DNA of 64,000 nt from Nitrospinales bacterium (lineage in GTDB: Bacteria; Nitrospinota; Nitrospinia; Nitrospinales; VA-1): the NCBI GenBank assembly GCA_965262115.1, contig OZ253496.1, positions 1,604,447-1,668,446 of the forward strand, read 5' to 3'. Positions 32,354 through 41,147 of this stretch are shown here, one piece after another. Numbering within the stretch: position 1 is the stretch's first letter; each line of letters starts with the position of its first letter. Under the pieces are notes generated by a model. That model was not told the DNA's origin and searched no databases. It was given only the letters and a program-made list of their open reading frames with translations. The position numbers and the translations under genes are program-made.

Positions 32354-33580
32354 CTAGCTGGCCCCACGCCGAGTGGAGAGGGCGAAGATGGCGTCGCGGG
32401 CTAGTTCAAAGGTTTTAGTGTTATTGCCGTTTCCTGAATGCCGCGCATTTTCCAGCAACAAAGAGTGAAGTAGCGGGTGTTGGGGCAGGTTGTTCTCCAG
32501 CAGGTCTCGGGCTTTATCTTCCAACCCGTGTTCCAAATAAAAGGTAGACAATAAAAGCACCAGCAGGGATCGGTCTTTCGGGTTTGCGGCTTCCAGAGAT
32601 TCTTCATAGGTGCGCAAAAGTTCCTGATAGTCATCGGATTCCCTGAGCGCGATTTGCGAACGCACCAGGCAGGCGCTATCACTGGTTTTTTGGAATCCGG
32701 TTTTCCAGATTTTTAACGCCTGCTTTTGTTTTCCGGATTCAAGATAGGCATCGCCCAATGACAAGTAGGCCGGCAGGCATTGTTCAGAAGTGCGGATTGC
32801 CTGTTTAAATTCGGAAATAGCGCTGTCCCGGTTTCCCGCTTGCAGACTTTTCTTGCCGAGCTCAAAAAGGAATTGGCCCAGATTGGTTTGCTCCTTTTCC
32901 CATTCTTCATTGTTTTCCCGTAGAAGAGGCAAAACTTTTTTCTGCAGGATGCAAACTTTTTTCCAGTCTTCCTGTTTCAAATAAATGTCACGAAGGTGGA
33001 GTAAGGGGGCGGCCGTTCCCGGATTCATCTCTTGCATTTTCTGGAGTAGCGCGATTTCCTCGCTTTGGCGGCCGGTTTTGGAATAGGTATCCGCCAGATC
33101 AAAGAGCGCATGGATGTTTCGCGGCTCGAGGGCAAGAGCTTTCTTATGAAAAATTTCTGCCTGCCCGGGTTTGCCTGTGGCAGACAGGATTCGCCCTATC
33201 AGGTTGAGCGCGCCGACATGTTCTGGAGAGGTCTCGATGACCTTTTCGATGAGGTTTTGCGCTTTGCCCGTCTTGCCGCAGATAAAAAAACTTTCTCCTT
33301 TTTCGAACAGGGTTTCAATCCGGCGGTTTCTTTTCTCGATCCGGTTATTTTTAAAACCGATTTTCCAGCGCGTCAGCGCGTTTTTTAAATTAAAAGTCCA
33401 AAACAGGAAAACCGTAACCATCACACCGATAAGGATAGAACCCAATAAAAGCAGAACGGTGGGTAACTTCAGCGACTGGCTTTGGGTGATGTGAATTACC
33501 GAATCATGAGGATTCAGGAACGCCGTATAAATGGAGAGCAGTGCAAAAATCAGAAAGACGATGATTTGCTTCAAGGACAC
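32354..33580 (-). CDS. LapA-like TM domain fused to TPR repeats (LapB/YciM-like)
   Basis: Two N-terminal TM helices followed by several TPR motifs. Confidence 0.65.
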   Translation of the reverse strand: MSLKQIIVFLIFALLSIYTAFLNPHDSVIHITQSQSLKLPTVLLLLGSILIGVMVTVFLFWTFNLKNALTRWKIGFKNNRIEKRNRRIETLFEKGESFFICGKTGKAQNLIEKVIETSPEHVGALNLIGRILSATGKPGQAEIFHKKALALEPRNIHALFDLADTYSKTGRQSEEIALLQKMQEMNPGTAAPLLHLRDIYLKQEDWKKVCILQKKVLPLLRENNEEWEKEQTNLGQFLFELGKKSLQAGNRDSAISEFKQAIRTSEQCLPAYLSLGDAYLESGKQKQALKIWKTGFQKTSDSACLVRSQIALRESDDYQELLRTYEESLEAANPKDRSLLVLLLSTFYLEHGLEDKARDLLENNLPQHPLLHSLLLENARHSGNGNNTKTFELARDAIFALSTRRGAS

Positions 33581-33975
33581 GCCTGGTTCTCCTCGAGCGG
33601 GTTTTCGTCATTGATGCTGATGGCCTTGGGGTTCTTTTCCCTTTCGCTCAGGCACTGGGTGCAGAATTCCGTGTAGGGGACCACTTTCAGCCGGGCTTCG
33701 GGAATAGCGCTTTCGCATTGGGCGCATATTCCATATTCCTCTTCGCTGATTTTTTCGATGGCCGTGTCAACTTGTTTGAGTTTTTGCCATCCCTGTTCGC
33801 CCAGTTCCCCTTCCATCCGACGGTTGTAAGCGCGCGCGGCATCGTCGCTGATGTCGGCCATTTGTCCGATATCGTTTTCTTTTACATTATGGTTCGACTT
33901 TTCAACACCCCCCAGTAGCTCGGACCGGATGGATTCTAATTGGGAACGAAATTGCGCTAATTTTTTTTTGTTCAT
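33571..33975 (-). CDS. TraR/DksA C4 zinc-finger protein
   Basis: DISD acidic tip, YGICAQC...ARL..VP...FCTQC. Confidence 0.88.
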   Translation of the reverse strand: MNKKKLAQFRSQLESIRSELLGGVEKSNHNVKENDIGQMADISDDAARAYNRRMEGELGEQGWQKLKQVDTAIEKISEEEYGICAQCESAIPEARLKVVPYTEFCTQCLSEREKNPKAISINDENPLEENQACP

Positions 33976-34009
33976 AGGTGTGGTTTAAAGGTGAAAGGGT
34001 AATCTCGGG

Positions 34010-34363
34010 TTACACAAAGGTCTCCTTGATAACAGGAACATCACCCCATAGACGTTCGAGGTCGTAGTGAAGGCGGACTTTTTTATGGAAAACATGCACT
34101 ATTAAATCTCCAAGATCGACCACCACCCATGTGCCTCCCGAATAACCTTCTACAGCAAAGGGTTTATTGCGGGTCTGGTAATACTTGTCGAGGATGGCAT
34201 CAACAATAGATTGAACGTGAACCTTGGAGTTTCCACTGCAGATCATGAAAGCATCTGTCAGGTCCGAGCGGTTCCGCAAGTCCAGGATGAGAACGTCAAA
34301 AGCCTTTTTTTCCGCGGCAGAATCAACGGCCAGCTGTTGAAGAGCGCTTAATTTTTCTCTCAT
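34010..34363 (-). CDS. rsfS: Ribosome silencing factor
   Basis: KKAFDVLILDL, ICSGNS..HV, WVVVDLGDLIVHVF, YDLERLW. Confidence 0.93.
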   Translation of the reverse strand: MREKLSALQQLAVDSAAEKKAFDVLILDLRNRSDLTDAFMICSGNSKVHVQSIVDAILDKYYQTRNKPFAVEGYSGGTWVVVDLGDLIVHVFHKKVRLHYDLERLWGDVPVIKETFV

Positions 34364-35050
34364 TCAAACCATAATTGGAGGGGACTCTGTCCGGTATAAT
34401 TGATGTTTCATAATATAATGATCAACCGCAGGGGGCAACAAATTTTTGATTTCTTTTCCTGCTTGTACCTTAAGCCGGATTTCTCTGGATGAAATATCTT
34501 GTGCTGGAATTTGATATAGCTGTATGGTTTTCCCGGCAACTGGATTCAAAGTTACAGGAAGGTTATTATTTTCCAGAGGATTTTTTTTGATTCTCAGTGC
34601 CTGGCTCAATTTAGCCGGAAGCACCAGCTGGATGCCTGGCCGTGTGCCTGCCAGCACGTGGCAAAGTTTTAATATATCGGCAAAGCTTTTCCAGGTATCC
34701 ATCAACATGAAGGCATCGGCCCCAAGAATCAGAAAAAGATCCCAGTCGGGACGGCTTTCCTTTAACCGGGATAATGTTTCAATGGTATAAGAAACGCCCA
34801 CTTTTTCAATTTCCAGCAAATCAATGGAAAACGCGGTTTCCCGCTCAAGGGCCAATTCAAGCATGGTAACGCGGTGAAGCGAAGAGGCAGGCCGGTCATG
34901 CGGCTTGTGCGGAGACTGGCTCACAGGGATGAACAAAACTTTTTGTAAATCAAAGAGTTGCATTGTCTGTGTGGCCAGGCCCAGATGCCCGTGATGGACG
35001 GGGTCAAACGTTCCTCCCAGCAATCCCACTCGCTTTAATTCGCTATTCAT
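34364..35050 (-). CDS. nadD: Nicotinate-nucleotide adenylyltransferase
   Basis: GGTFDPVHHGH, SYTIETL, ILGAD, ISSREIR. Confidence 0.93.
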   Translation of the reverse strand: MNSELKRVGLLGGTFDPVHHGHLGLATQTMQLFDLQKVLFIPVSQSPHKPHDRPASSLHRVTMLELALERETAFSIDLLEIEKVGVSYTIETLSRLKESRPDWDLFLILGADAFMLMDTWKSFADILKLCHVLAGTRPGIQLVLPAKLSQALRIKKNPLENNNLPVTLNPVAGKTIQLYQIPAQDISSREIRLKVQAGKEIKNLLPPAVDHYIMKHQLYRTESPPIMV

Positions 35051-35361
35051 ATTGCAAATCGTTTCATAAACCTCTATATATGGCAAGGGATAATGAGTTT
35101 ATGGAGCCCATTTTTTTTGAAACCCTCTCACTTTTGACAAAACCTGGCAATGAAACTGACAAATTTTGTCAGTTTCATTGTGGGACCAAGGTTTAAAATT
35201 TTCCCTGAAGAAGAAAAAATTTATAACATATTCAAAGTAAAGAGGTTATAATAAATAACCGCGATTGTCATTTAGAAGGCATGGGTCTTGCTGAGTAAGC
35301 AGGTAACTGTAAATTTTGCCATCCCAAGTTTCTTTTGTTAAACATAACGGAGGAGTAGAAA

Positions 35362-35754
35362 ATGCTATCCAAATTTAGACGGGTTCGAGGAGAAAAGGGT
35401 TTCACCCTGATCGAGTTATTGATCGTTATTGCCATTATCGGTATTTTGTCCGCTATCGCGATTCCCCAATTCAGTGCTTACAAGAACAGGGCTTATCAAT
35501 CGGATGTAAAAGCTCATCTGCATAACCTGTTTCTGGCCTGCAAGGCTTATTGGGCAGATAAAGGTCCCACGACGGCTTGCGCTCCTACTAGTACCGGTGT
35601 TGCTAACGCGACTTATGGTTATGCCACGTCAGTAGATATTGGCTACACGACTCCTAATACCACAGAGGCTAACTTTAATGTCTCGGCTGTCCACACTGAT
35701 GATGCCTCTTCTACGTCATACAGCATTGATGCAAATGGTGTGATTACCCCATAG
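35362..35754 (+). CDS. pilA: Type IV major pilin
   Basis: Class III signal KG/FTLIELLIVIAIIGILSAIAIP. Confidence 0.88.
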   Translation: MLSKFRRVRGEKGFTLIELLIVIAIIGILSAIAIPQFSAYKNRAYQSDVKAHLHNLFLACKAYWADKGPTTACAPTSTGVANATYGYATSVDIGYTTPNTTEANFNVSAVHTDDASSTSYSIDANGVITP

Positions 35755-35767
35755 GTTTTTGTGACGG

Positions 35768-35822
35768 GAATCCCCCCCCCCCCCCCCCCCGCGCGCGTTG
35801 GGGGGGGGGGGGGGATTTTTTT
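35768..35822 (+). terminator. Intrinsic terminator-like hairpin with C19/G15 homopolymer arms
   Basis: AAT-C19-GCGCGCGTT-G15-ATTTTTT directly after the pilin stop. Confidence 0.55.
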
Positions 35823-35871
35823 GCTCGATCCGGTATTATTTCGTTTCAGAAAGTTAAGGCGGTCCTGGAAT

Positions 35872-35982
35872 GAGAGGCCTTTGCATAACCCGAGATTTAC
35901 CCCATTCTGGATTGCTTCACTACGTTCGCAATAACAGCGCAATCGTTCAGAATTTCGATTTTTCGACTTATGCAAAGCTCTC
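35872..35982. mobile_element. MITE-like element with GAG(A/G)(C/G)CTTTGCATAA terminal inverted repeats
   Basis: Left GAGGCCTTTGCATAA, right TTATGCAAAGCTCTC; the same ends recur about 10 times in the window. Confidence 0.7.
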
Positions 35983-36012
35983 TTAGAATGAAGGAAAACA
36001 TCCTGTCCCGTT

Positions 36013-38286
36013 ATGGGGTGCCCATGCTGCCAGTCTGTTTTTATCCTGTTCTTCTACCCGGTTTTGTTTGAAAGCAATACTTTCTTCTTCCGGGACATCC
36101 AGAATTTCGCCTATCCCATGAAATGGTATCTTGCCCAGGTATGGGCAGCGGGGGAGTGGCCCTACTGGTATCCCTACCTGTTTCAGGGCATGCCTTTAAT
36201 GTCGTTGATGCATCCGGGAGTGTTCTATCCGCCTTCGGTCATATTTTTATTAGATAATTTTTCTTTCGCCTTCAACGCTTACTTTCTTTTTCATCATCTG
36301 GTCCTGATGGGGTCGGTCTATGCCCTTTGCCGGTATTGGGGCAGGTCGATTCTGGCCTCCCTCGCGGCATCGCTGACCGTCCTTTTGGGAGGCTACTTTT
36401 TGTCGCTGGCCTCGGTTTACAACCAGTTCCAGTCTGCTGTCTGGTTGCCGCTCATTCTTATGATGTGGCAGAAGTTTGCCGCTGGCGGCAGGTTGAAATA
36501 TTTTTGTGGCGCTGTGGTTTTTCTGGCTTTTCAGGTTTTAGGCGGCGGACCGGAAAACGCGATTTTTTCCGTCCTGCTGGTTTATGCCCATTCGCTTTAT
36601 CTGGCGCAGGACGAAGAACGGGGGTTCAAACAAAAAAGCCTGGCCATACTGGCGCTTATTCTGGGTTCATTGGCTCTTTCGGCCCTGCAATGGGTGTCCA
36701 CCTATCAGTTACTGCAAGAATTAGTGCGTGGCGAGGGACTTTCCTACCTCAACAGTACCCGATGGTCGTTAGCACCCGATGCTTTGCTCGACCTGTTCCT
36801 GCCTGAAAATTTCATGCGTTTTCTCGAAGGGGACGGAGGACCCATGAATTATTTTATACACAGTTTGTATATGGGTATTGTGCCGCTGTTTTTTTTGTCC
36901 GGTTGCCTGTTGGTAGGCAGGGAGCAAAAAGCCATCCGCTTCTGGCTGGTGGTTTTTGGCGTGGGGGTATTTTTTGCCATGGGCAGGCTCAATCCGTTCT
37001 ATGCGCTGTTTCATGAATGGGTGCCCCTGTTCAATATGTTCGGTTACCCGCAAAAGTTCTTTTTCTTTTGCGCTTATGCGTTGGTGTTTCTATCCGCTTT
37101 TGCTCTGGACCGGTTTGTCCACGCTATTATCCATAAAAAACCGGAAATGAAAAAACTTTTGCTCGCTCTCCTGGCTACTACGATGATGGTCGCTGGAATG
37201 TTTGGGGCTCACTCCAACCGCGCCGGGCTCGAAAGCCTGATGATTTTATTGCTCCTGGCGACCAGCATTTTTGCCCTGTATTTAAAAAAAATAAACCGCG
37301 CCGGATTCTTCTCTCTTCTCCTGCTTTTAATGGTGATGGACCTGATGGGCAAAAACTCCATGCTGATGCCTATGATCGACGGGAAGTTCTATAGCGAGCC
37401 TTCTCCACTGGCAAAACGCCTGGGCGGAGAGGCTGACTCATTCCGCATTTATAACGGAAGACTTTTGCAAAAACCGGTGCGCAAAAAGGCTTCTTCTGAT
37501 CTGACAGAAGCCGGGTCGCCCCAACCCAGGCAATCCCTTTATAATAGGCTGAGTATTCAGCTGGCCGGGCGTGACGAGATCCGTCCAAACATCGGGGCGA
37601 TTTATGGGGTAGCTTATGCCCAAGGGATAGACACCATGGCTATGAAGGAAAGTTTATATTGGAATGAATTGTTTATTTTGTCTGATATCCCGAAAAAGAA
37701 AAGAATTTTAAAACGCAGTAATGTGAAATATTGGGTGACAGAAGACTACGAACAGGTTCCTTCAGACCAATACCCAAGAGGAATAAAAAAGGTGAACGTG
37801 TTTGAAGATGCCCTGCCACGTGCGTTTCTGGTCGGTCAATCCGCAACGGTGCCGAACAGGGGGAAACTACTCGATGTTTATTACAATGCGGCGTTCAATC
37901 CGCTGCGGCAGGTTCTGTTGACTGAGCCGGTCGAGATGAAACAAACAAAAAACTTTTCCGGCCAGGTTGAAAAGATCGAATATGGCCAGAATCGGGTGCA
38001 TATTGAAACCAGCCAGAACGAAGAAGGCTTTCTGGTTCTGCTCGATACCTATTTCCCCGGCTGGAAGGTTGAGGTGGACGGAAAGCCCGAGCGCATCCAC
38101 CGTGCCAATTATTTTTACCGGGCCGTCCGGTTAGGGCCGGGCAGCCATCACATCAAATTTTCTTATGAACCCGCAGGGCTGAGAATGGGTCTCACCATCA
38201 GTGGCGTGACATTCATGTTATTACTACTAGCCGTAGGGGTAGCGTACCGTAGCAGGAATGGAAGGCAAAGGGTTAGCGCGGCTTAA
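36013..38286 (+). CDS. YfhO-family multi-TM protein (putative GT-C glycosyltransferase)
   Basis: FFRDIQNFAYP, WYPYLFQGMP, many TM helices, C-terminal LLDTYFPGWKVEVDG...GSHHIKFSYEP. Confidence 0.8.
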   Translation: MGCPCCQSVFILFFYPVLFESNTFFFRDIQNFAYPMKWYLAQVWAAGEWPYWYPYLFQGMPLMSLMHPGVFYPPSVIFLLDNFSFAFNAYFLFHHLVLMGSVYALCRYWGRSILASLAASLTVLLGGYFLSLASVYNQFQSAVWLPLILMMWQKFAAGGRLKYFCGAVVFLAFQVLGGGPENAIFSVLLVYAHSLYLAQDEERGFKQKSLAILALILGSLALSALQWVSTYQLLQELVRGEGLSYLNSTRWSLAPDALLDLFLPENFMRFLEGDGGPMNYFIHSLYMGIVPLFFLSGCLLVGREQKAIRFWLVVFGVGVFFAMGRLNPFYALFHEWVPLFNMFGYPQKFFFFCAYALVFLSAFALDRFVHAIIHKKPEMKKLLLALLATTMMVAGMFGAHSNRAGLESLMILLLLATSIFALYLKKINRAGFFSLLLLLMVMDLMGKNSMLMPMIDGKFYSEPSPLAKRLGGEADSFRIYNGRLLQKPVRKKASSDLTEAGSPQPRQSLYNRLSIQLAGRDEIRPNIGAIYGVAYAQGIDTMAMKESLYWNELFILSDIPKKKRILKRSNVKYWVTEDYEQVPSDQYPRGIKKVNVFEDALPRAFLVGQSATVPNRGKLLDVYYNAAFNPLRQVLLTEPVEMKQTKNFSGQVEKIEYGQNRVHIETSQNEEGFLVLLDTYFPGWKVEVDGKPERIHRANYFYRAVRLGPGSHHIKFSYEPAGLRMGLTISGVTFMLLLLAVGVAYRSRNGRQRVSAA

Positions 38287-38333
38287 TGAATTCGTTGAAT
38301 AGAGTTTGTTTTTAAACCCGCAAGGAAAATAAG

Positions 38334-38483
38334 ATGAAGCTGGTCAGTCTACTCCCTTCGGCAACAGAGATTCTGGTAAAACTCTGGTTGGAGGAAAACC
38401 TCGTCGGCGTGTCGCATGAATGCGATTATCCCGAGACCGTCCGGTCCCTGCCTCGTCTCACTTCCACCCGTGAGTCATCCTGA
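38334..38483 (+). pseudogene. N-terminal fragment of a cobalamin/siderophore-binding (BtuF-like) protein
   Basis: My translation is MKLVSLLPSATEILVKLWLEENLVGVSHECDYP..., which stops inside the repeat starting at 38474. Confidence 0.75.
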
Positions 38484-38548
38484 GCTTGTCGAAGAACGAT
38501 GCGTAAAATTTTATACTTAGAGCCACCCTTCGACAGGCTCAGGATGAC
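38474..38548. repeat. Palindromic REP-like repeat, empty of module
   Basis: GTCATCCTGAGCTTGTCGAAG ... CTTCGACAGGCTCAGGATGAC. Confidence 0.85.
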
Positions 38549-38559
38549 GGTAAAGGTTG

Positions 38560-39141
38560 GTCACAACGCCCGGAACTGGCGGCGGATGGCAAGGAGCATC
38601 AGGGCGATGATCGTGGGACCGATCAGGTGTTGCAGGGCAACGATAAACTTTGGCCCAACGAGGATGCCCCCTTGATTTGAAAGTCACGGTCCCAGCGTTG
38701 CAGGGTTAACGCCTGCAAGGTGAGCACAGCGGAACCCGTCCCCCTGAAGACGGTATTGCGGTACCACTTCTCCGTTTGCGCGGCTTGTTGACGTGCTACG
38801 GTTTTCGGCTCGATCCAGACCCAGTTAATAGAGGCGAACACCAGCCATACCGCTATAAAACTTACTAGCGCCTGTTGCCATTTTTCTCCGTAGCCTGAGA
38901 CGATTTTGTAAAGTTGTGTCAGTGTCAGGTATTTAAAAAGTGGCAAATAGTTGGATATAGGTTTTTCCTCCCACGCCAGCATTTGAGCTTTACGGTGTTT
39001 TTTCGAAGCGACGGCCTTTGAAATTGACATCGCCGATCTCTTCTCCGTAAAGCGATTCCCTCTAGCGAGTTTGTTAAGCGCTTCTTTCTGGGTCAGGGGT
39101 TCGGGCATGGTTGTGGGTTGTTTTAATTCCCCTCCTGACAA
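38560..39141 (-). pseudogene. C-terminal membrane-domain fragment (ion-channel-like tail), frameshifted
   Basis: LYKIVSGYGEKWQQAL...; continues in another frame as IGPTIIALMLLAIRRQFR; no N terminus. Confidence 0.5.
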
Positions 39142-39194
39142 GGAGGGGTTAGGGGAGGTTTATCAAATAAACCCCCTCAATCCCCCTTATCAGG

Positions 39195-39419
39195 GGGAAG
39201 TTTGCATAACCCCGGATTACCCCCCTCCGGGGCAAGAATTCAAAGGTCAAATATCACTAGCTCAGCATGACAATAAAGGGCTGTTTTGTCATTCTGAGGA
39301 ACAACGTGACGAAGACGTGATATTCGTGATGGCCTCTTCCTTAAACTTCATGCCCGGCACGGATATTTCCTTAAACTTTGTGCCCCGCAGGGGTAATCTC
39401 GGGGTTATGCAAAGGTCTC
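39195..39419. mobile_element. Composite MITE with three modules (39218-39258; 39316-39395 containing nested 39325-39365)
   Basis: TTTGCATAACCCC...GGGGTTATGCAAAGGTCTC inverted ends around REP-like arms. Confidence 0.8.
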
Positions 39420-39485
39420 TTAAGGCGGGGGGGGGGCTGGAATTATCTATTTGAAAATAAAGGAGCAATTCGATACAATCCGGGC

Positions 39486-41147
39486 ATGGGTATCGAAAAA
39501 GATTTCATTGTAATTGGTTCTGGTGTGGCGGGGCTGACCTTTGCGCTCAAGGTCTGCAAGTTCGGTTCGGTGGGAATCGTTACCAAGGACGCTTTGGAGG
39601 AGTCGGCGACCAAATATGCCCAGGGCGGTATCGCCTCGGTGATGGCCGGGGACGATTCGTTCGAGTTGCATGTTCAGGACACGGTGGAAACCGGGCGCGG
39701 ACTCTGCCACGAAGACTTCGTGCGCATCGCCTGCCGCGAGGGTCCGGCACGAGTGCGTGAGTTGATCGACCTCGGCGCCCAGTTCGACCGCGTGGGCGGT
39801 GCCGAGTTTGATCTGGGAAAAGAAGGCGGACACTCCAAACGTCGCATTCTGCATGCGAATGACCTGACGGGCTGGGAGATTGAACGCACCCTCATCAAAG
39901 CGGTTCACGCTCATGACAATATAGAAATATTTGAACACCATATGGCTATCGACCTCATCACCCGGGCTAGGCTCGAGGAGAAAATTCAGCCGGGTAGCGA
40001 CCAGGACGAGGTGTTGGGACTTTATGTCCTGAACCACCCGACGCAAAAGGTCGAGACGATGGTGGGCCGGGTCATTCTCATGGCCACCGGCGGCGCGGGC
40101 AAGGTTTATCTTTATACATCGAATCCGGACACGGCTACCGGTGATGGTGTTGCGGTGGCTTATCGGGCCGGAGCGCAAATCGCCAATATGGAATTTTTCC
40201 AGTTCCATCCGACCTGCCTGTTTCACCCGAAAGCGAAATCGTTTCTCATTTCGGAGACGGTGCGGGGCGAGGGCGGAATCCTGCGTTTGCAAAACGGCGA
40301 CACGTTCATGGAGAATTACCATTCTTTGGGTTGCCTGGCTCCCCGTGATGTGGTGGCGCGGGCCATCGACTACGAAATGAAAATGAACGGCGACGACTAC
40401 GTCCTTCTCGATGCGACGCATCTTGAGGGTTATCGCATTCGTGAGCGCTTCCCAAATATTTATAAAACCTGTCTGGAATTCGGATTTGATATGTCGCAGG
40501 AGCCTGTTCCCGTTGTGCCGGCGGCGCATTATATGTGTGGTGGACTGGTGGTGGATGTCAACGGTCAGACCAATATTAAAAGGCTTTTTGCCAGCGGGGA
40601 GGTGTGTTTCTCCGGTTTGCATGGCGCCAATCGGCTGGCCTCCAACTCCCTGCTGGAAGGACTGGTGCTCTCGCACCGTGCAGTGGAAAAAGCGGTGAAG
40701 TTGTTTAAGGAAACCAAAAATTCTAAAAGCCCGTTGGAGCGGATTCCTGAATGGGACCCCGGAAGCGCGGTGGACAGTGACGAGTCGGTCGTTGTATCAC
40801 ACAACTGGGACGAAATCCGCCGGTTGATGTGGAACTATGTTGGCATTGTTCGTTCCGACAAGCGTCTAAAACGGGCTGAGCGCCGCATTCAACTTCTGCT
40901 GGAGGAGATTCAGGAATATTACTGGAAATTTAAAATTACCAAGGACACCCTGGAACTGAGAAACATCGCTATCACGGCGCGGTTGATCATTCAGGGGGCG
41001 ATGACCCGAAAAGAAAGCCGGGGTTTGCACTATAACCTCGACTACCCGGAACCCGATGACGCGAACTGGAAACAGGACACGGTTTTCCAGAGTACGGTTC
41101 ATCGATTGATAACCAAAACCAACCCGAGAATTGTGACCCATGAGTGA
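39486..41147 (+). CDS. nadB: L-aspartate oxidase
   Basis: VIGSGVAG, YAQGGIA, EGGHS..RILH, QFHPT, PAAHYMCGG, GLHGANRLASNSLLE. Confidence 0.95.
   Translation: MGIEKDFIVIGSGVAGLTFALKVCKFGSVGIVTKDALEESATKYAQGGIASVMAGDDSFELHVQDTVETGRGLCHEDFVRIACREGPARVRELIDLGAQFDRVGGAEFDLGKEGGHSKRRILHANDLTGWEIERTLIKAVHAHDNIEIFEHHMAIDLITRARLEEKIQPGSDQDEVLGLYVLNHPTQKVETMVGRVILMATGGAGKVYLYTSNPDTATGDGVAVAYRAGAQIANMEFFQFHPTCLFHPKAKSFLISETVRGEGGILRLQNGDTFMENYHSLGCLAPRDVVARAIDYEMKMNGDDYVLLDATHLEGYRIRERFPNIYKTCLEFGFDMSQEPVPVVPAAHYMCGGLVVDVNGQTNIKRLFASGEVCFSGLHGANRLASNSLLEGLVLSHRAVEKAVKLFKETKNSKSPLERIPEWDPGSAVDSDESVVVSHNWDEIRRLMWNYVGIVRSDKRLKRAERRIQLLLEEIQEYYWKFKITKDTLELRNIAITARLIIQGAMTRKESRGLHYNLDYPEPDDANWKQDTVFQSTVHRLITKTNPRIVTHE

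Noticed and set aside
39447-40676. 409-aa antisense ORF (also 14376-14831, 19279-19854, 42406-42951)
   Set aside because: These are shadows of nadB, miaB, the PilP-like gene and ftsK, with no recognisable motifs.
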